From Vulcanimicrobiota bacterium (GTDB taxonomy: Bacteria > Vulcanimicrobiota > Vulcanimicrobiia > Vulcanimicrobiales > Vulcanimicrobiaceae): 64,000 nt of DNA. Where the stretch lies: NCBI GenBank assembly GCA_963714015.1, contig OY970223.1, positions 1,856,001 through 1,920,000 of the forward strand, written 5' to 3'. Position 1 is the stretch's first letter. The number at the start of each line of letters is the position of its first letter. Position numbers and translations under genes: made by a program. The notes below the pieces were generated by a model. The model ran no database searches. It was not told the DNA's origin and was given only the letters and a program-made list of their open reading frames with translations. Shown one piece after another: positions 60,347 through 64,000 of this stretch.

Positions 60347-60375
60347 TTGACACTTCACGGCGCGATTGATATCGT
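60347..60375 (+). promoter_or_regulatory. Sigma70-type promoter for tauE-cysC
   Basis: TTGACA-17 nt-TATCGT with extended TG. Confidence 0.6.
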
Positions 60376-60460
60376 AGCCGCACGAAGCCCCAAACGGGTT
60401 TTGCCGCTCGTATCTGCGGCGTTTACGGCAGATGCGGGCCACGGTTTCCGTAGGGAGCAC

Positions 60461-61240
60461 ATGAACGCAGAGCTCATTGCCATAGGATTTGTGGTAGGGA
60501 TCCTCGTCGGCCTCACCGGTGTGGGTGGAGGCAGCATTATGACGCCGCTCCTGATTGCGCTGAACATTCCGCCGCTGGCCGCGGTCGGAACCGACCTGTT
60601 GTACAGCGCCCCCACGAAGGTCTTTGGAGCCTATCTGCACCATCGTCAGCGAACCGTGAATTGGCGGCTGGTGGGTGCCTTGACGACCGGCGGCGTACCG
60701 GCCGCCATCGTGGGCGCACTAACGCTGGTATGGTTGCGCGGCCATGTCGCCCTGAGCGTGCTGCAGAGTTTCACGAAGCACGCGGTGGGCGCGGCGCTCG
60801 TCATTTCCGCGGTCATCATCATGGTGACGCCCTGGCTGCTCAAGGGTCAGGATCGGACCTCCGGCAACATCGAGTGGAATCGGGCCAGGCGTTGGAAGAC
60901 CATCACGATCGGTGCCGCGGTCGGCCTCATCGTGACGGTGACCTCCATCGGCAGCGGTTCGGTCACGCTTCCGATGCTCGCTCTGGTCTTGCCCGCAGCG
61001 GGCCTACAAACATTGGTAGGAACGGATATCGCTTTTGCCGCAATTCTCATACCAACCGCATTTCTGAGCCGGTGGTCGATGGGCGGCGGCGTCAACATTC
61101 CGCTCGCGGTCAACCTGATCGTCGGGTCCATGCCCGGGGTCTTCATCGGTACGAAGCTGTGCGGATTTCTCCAGCAGCGTTACCTGCGTCCCGCACTCGC
61201 TTTGACGCTCGTGGTCGTGGGCGCGCGAATGGTCGTCTAA
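60461..61240 (+). CDS. TauE/SafE (TSUP) sulfur-compound transporter
   Basis: GLTGVGGGSIMTP, AVGTDL, SIGSGS, LVGTD; GGAG RBS. Confidence 0.92.
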   Translation: MNAELIAIGFVVGILVGLTGVGGGSIMTPLLIALNIPPLAAVGTDLLYSAPTKVFGAYLHHRQRTVNWRLVGALTTGGVPAAIVGALTLVWLRGHVALSVLQSFTKHAVGAALVISAVIIMVTPWLLKGQDRTSGNIEWNRARRWKTITIGAAVGLIVTVTSIGSGSVTLPMLALVLPAAGLQTLVGTDIAFAAILIPTAFLSRWSMGGGVNIPLAVNLIVGSMPGVFIGTKLCGFLQQRYLRPALALTLVVVGARMVV

Positions 61241-61260
61241 GAACAGGAAGTTCACAGCAC

Positions 61261-61809
61261 TTGAAACGAGGATTCACCGTTTGGCTCACCGGCATGTCCG
61301 GCGCGGGCAAGAGTTCGATTTCCGAAAGACTCGCTGCAGAACTCGCCGCCCGCGGTGAGAGCGTCGAAGTGCTCGACGGCGACGAGGTCCGTACGCACCT
61401 TTCAAAGGGCCTGGGTTTCAGTCGCGAGGACCGCGACGTCAACATCGGCCGCATCGCGTTCGTCGCCTCGCTGCTGGTCAAGCACGGCGCCGCCGTCATT
61501 ACCGCCGCAATCTCGCCCTATGCTCAGGCCCGTGAAGCGGCGCGGAAGCAGATTGGCGACTTTCTCGAGGTCTACGTCCGCTGCTCGATTGAGGAACTCG
61601 CGCGTCGCGACGTCAAAGGCCTTTACAAGAAGGCAATCGCCGGCGAGATCGGTCAGTTCACCGGAATCTCCGATGAGTATGAGGCACCGCAAAATCCGAA
61701 CGTGACGGTCGATACGGAGTTGGAAACGATCGAAGAGAGCGTCTCCAAGATCATCGCGGCGCTGGAGGAGCGCGGGTACTTGCGGGCGGGCGAGCAAGCC
61801 CGCACCTAA
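61261..61809 (+). CDS. cysC: Adenylyl-sulfate kinase
   Basis: WLTGMSGAGKS, LDGDEVR, RDVKGLY, FTGISDEYEAP. Confidence 0.97.
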   Translation: MKRGFTVWLTGMSGAGKSSISERLAAELAARGESVEVLDGDEVRTHLSKGLGFSREDRDVNIGRIAFVASLLVKHGAAVITAAISPYAQAREAARKQIGDFLEVYVRCSIEELARRDVKGLYKKAIAGEIGQFTGISDEYEAPQNPNVTVDTELETIEESVSKIIAALEERGYLRAGEQART

Positions 61810-61881
61810 CGTCCCGCGGCTATCGTCATCCGGTCCCCATCGGTAATGCCGTGGCCGTTACCATCGACGTTTACGTGAAGT

Positions 61882-61915
61882 AAGAAAGGCCTCGCCGGGG
61901 CGAGGCCTTTCTTTT
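61882..61915. terminator. Bidirectional terminator
   Basis: AAGAAAGGCCTCGCC-GG-GGCGAGGCCTTTCTT. Confidence 0.85.
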
Positions 61916-61931
61916 AGGCAGCAGCGTTACG

Positions 61932-62912
61932 CTACTGTTTGCACGCGCCGAGTTTGTTGCTCCACAACGGCTGCGTCGGGAACGTTCCGGTGGAGAACTT
62001 CGTGTTTTGCAGATCCTGCCAAGCGCACGCGTCGCCAATCTCTCCGAGCGGTCCGTTCCAGCCGCTAAAGGGCTGCGGATCGGTCTCGGTCTCGCCCTGT
62101 TCGTGTCCTTCGACGATCGACACGCCGTCATCGGTTCCGGGACTGTTCACCGAACCGGCGCCGCACGCTTGACCGGGATCGGGCATGTACGGCAAATTGG
62201 TGAACGCGATCGGGTTGCCGTTCTCGGTCTCATTGCTGTGCCACGCGCAGTATTCCGTACCGAAACCTGCCGGCAGGATGCCGTGCGGCATCGCAACGAC
62301 GTAGCTGGCGCTGTTCGTGTAGTCGCCGAAGTGTTTGGCAGCGCGCGCGGCTTCTGCGCCGATTTGCCCGTCGGTCGGCGACTGCGGCGGTTGATTCGCA
62401 CTATCCACATAAGCTCCGGCAAGGGTGGTAGTGTTCTTGATGAACGTCTTGACAGGTCCGTAGTACTGCGTGAGGGTGCCGGTCCATTGACTCCCATTCA
62501 GTCCCTTGGTAAACGTCCTGAGCACTTTTTGGACTCCGTCGGGATCGCCGCTCTTGCTGCTCCACGCCTTGCCCCAGAACACGATGTACATCTTTGGGCT
62601 GGCCTGAATCGGGCCGCCGCCGTAATTCAGATTGTCCGATTTCGACGGCGCGATGAGGCCCAGCGTTTGTGCGCGCGCGTAATCCTGACGCGTCGGAAAA
62701 TACGACGCCGTCATGCCGTTGTCGAGCACTTTGGTGAAGACGCTTTGCGTCGTACGCGCCGACGGAACGATGCGCCCGCCGCCTACCGACGACGGAAGAT
62801 TTTGCGTTTGCGGAATTGCGGCGCTGTGTTGGCCGCAAGCTGCCAGCATCGACGCAGCCGCCGCGAGCGCGGCAAATTTGGTCACTCTATGCACGAAGAA
62901 AAACCCCTTCAA
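61932..62912 (-). CDS. Lipoprotein with PHI-1/EXORDIUM-like domain
   Basis: LAAC lipobox; YGGGP, YCAWH, HEQGETETDP, EIGDAC. Confidence 0.7.
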   Translation of the reverse strand: MKGFFFVHRVTKFAALAAAASMLAACGQHSAAIPQTQNLPSSVGGGRIVPSARTTQSVFTKVLDNGMTASYFPTRQDYARAQTLGLIAPSKSDNLNYGGGPIQASPKMYIVFWGKAWSSKSGDPDGVQKVLRTFTKGLNGSQWTGTLTQYYGPVKTFIKNTTTLAGAYVDSANQPPQSPTDGQIGAEAARAAKHFGDYTNSASYVVAMPHGILPAGFGTEYCAWHSNETENGNPIAFTNLPYMPDPGQACGAGSVNSPGTDDGVSIVEGHEQGETETDPQPFSGWNGPLGEIGDACAWQDLQNTKFSTGTFPTQPLWSNKLGACKQ

Positions 62913-62988
62913 ACTAACGGTTTCAGAGAAAAGTATCTCTGACGTTTCTCTGCGTTCGAGGGTGTCCTTCGAGTGAGGACTAGTATCT

Positions 62989-63207
62989 TTACACTATAGC
63001 CTTTCGGACACGCTTTGCGTTCGCGTGAGAGTGATGCAAACTCTGCGTTACTGTGCCGTTACCGAGTCCGGGTGCGGGTGCCGGAGCGACGGGAGCTTGT
63101 GCGGCACTGTGCGGAAGAGGTTGAACCGCACCACCGCCGGCGCATGCCGCCAGCATCGCGGACATCGTAGCCGCTGCGGCGATTTTGGAAATTCTCCGCA
63201 CGAACAT
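62989..63207 (-). CDS. Small lipoprotein (possibly a truncated paralog N-terminus)
   Basis: Signal ...SAMLAAC resembles that of 61932-62912. Confidence 0.55.
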   Translation of the reverse strand: MFVRRISKIAAAATMSAMLAACAGGGAVQPLPHSAAQAPVAPAPAPGLGNGTVTQSLHHSHANAKRVRKAIV

Positions 63208-63297
63208 CCCCCATTTGAAAAGAGCGCAGCATTTTCTTATCGAGCGTTACGCTTGATGCCGCGCGCTCCCTCGCACTTCTGTTAGTCCATATGTACT

Positions 63298-63331
63298 AAA
63301 AAAGAGGCCCCGCCGCGAAGGCGAGGCCTTT
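63298..63331 (-). terminator. Intrinsic terminator
   Basis: GC hairpin with GCGAA loop and an A run on the + strand. Confidence 0.7.
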
Positions 63332-63354
63332 CGTACTCACGCTTTGATTCGTCG

Positions 63355-64000
63355 TTACTGAACGCAGCCGTTATTCTTGTTGCTCCAGAGCGGCTGAGTC
63401 GGGTAAGTGCCGTTGGTGAACGCCGTGTTTTGAAGGTTTTCCCACGCGCACTTGTCGCCAATCTCTTGGCCGCTGGAATCGCACCAGCCGCTGCAGGGGC
63501 GGGGATCGGTTTCAGTCTCGGCTTGCTCGTGTCCGCCGACGATCGTGACGCCGTCGTTCGTTCCGGGGCTGTTGACTGAGCCTTGACCGCAGCTGAAATC
63601 CGGCGTCGGGCATGTACGGCAGATCGGTGTACTGAATCGTGCCGCCCGAGCCCGATTCGTCGTCGTGCCATGCGCACCACTGGTTGCCGAACGCGGTCGG
63701 ATCGTGTCCGTGCGGCAGCGCGACGACATAGCTGGCGCTCACCGAATAATTACGGAAATGCGAAGCGCCGCGCTTGGCTTCATTGCCTACAGCCGTATCC
63801 GAAGGATGCGTCGGCGGCGTGCTTCCCGTGTCGACCCACGTGCTTTGCAGAACGGTGTCGTCATTGATGTACGTTCCGCTCGGGCCGTAATACTGCGTCA
63901 TCGAGCTCGGCCAGCTCGCGCCGTTCCAACCGGCGTAGAATTGATCGAGCAGCGATTTGACGCCGTCCGGATCGCCGGAGGAACCGTTCCACGAGCTTCC
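63355..64000 (-). CDS. Second PHI-1/EXORDIUM-like protein; 5' end outside the window, frameshift near 63595
   Basis: WCAWH, LPYMPD, HEQAETETDP, EIGDKCAW, PTQPLWSN shared with the paralog. Confidence 0.75.

Noticed and set aside
3220..62942. Long antisense or alternate-frame ORFs (e.g. 3220-4167, 24983-26143, 34677-35816, 57776-58900, 62007-62942)
   Set aside because: Shadow ORFs expected in GC-rich DNA opposite well-supported genes
12242..64000. Frameshifts in GH20, the 32.9-kb gene, sigH, rplA, TolC-like, HlyD-like, GT2, cysD and the last gene read as pseudogenes or programmed frameshifts
   Set aside because: Each is a single-base indel in an otherwise intact gene, one in a T run of ribosomal rplA; long-read consensus error is the simplest explanation (needs a read check)

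Overview
GC-rich bacterial chromosomal segment, genetic code 11. Its core gene order is Bacillus-like, yet it encodes outer-membrane proteins and many lipoproteins. This suggests a diderm terrabacterium such as Eremiobacterota/Vulcanimicrobiota (inference only). Housekeeping blocks: yebC-PASTA-rpe-thiL-pdxK-like; rpmB/fakA-plsX-fakB-hemW-PIN/TRAM-ispD-ispF-(stand-alone GluRS anticodon-binding domain)...cysE-cysS-rlmB...sigH; six tRNAs; rpmG-tRNA-Trp-secE-nusG-rplK-rplA. Accessory parts: (1) two paralogous CBM9/DUF5916-like outer-membrane proteins sharing an operator-promoter motif around a GH20 hexosaminidase; (2) a ~3.9 kb island bounded by 23-bp direct repeats, holding a GH26 gene, a lipoprotein gene and an IS3-like remnant; (3) a ~13 kb cluster (48.8-61.8 kb) that looks like a synthase-type sulfated exopolysaccharide system: TolC-like, HlyD-like, TackOD1-type Zn-ribbon protein, processive GT2, GH26, sulfotransferase, GalE, CysD, CysC, TauE and a CysN fused to a PilZ c-di-GMP-binding domain. 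Other oddities are a tRNA-Thr(UGU) with a class II long-variable-arm body and an in-frame TGA in a PHP gene. About nine single-base frameshifts, one in rplA, are most likely long-read assembly errors.
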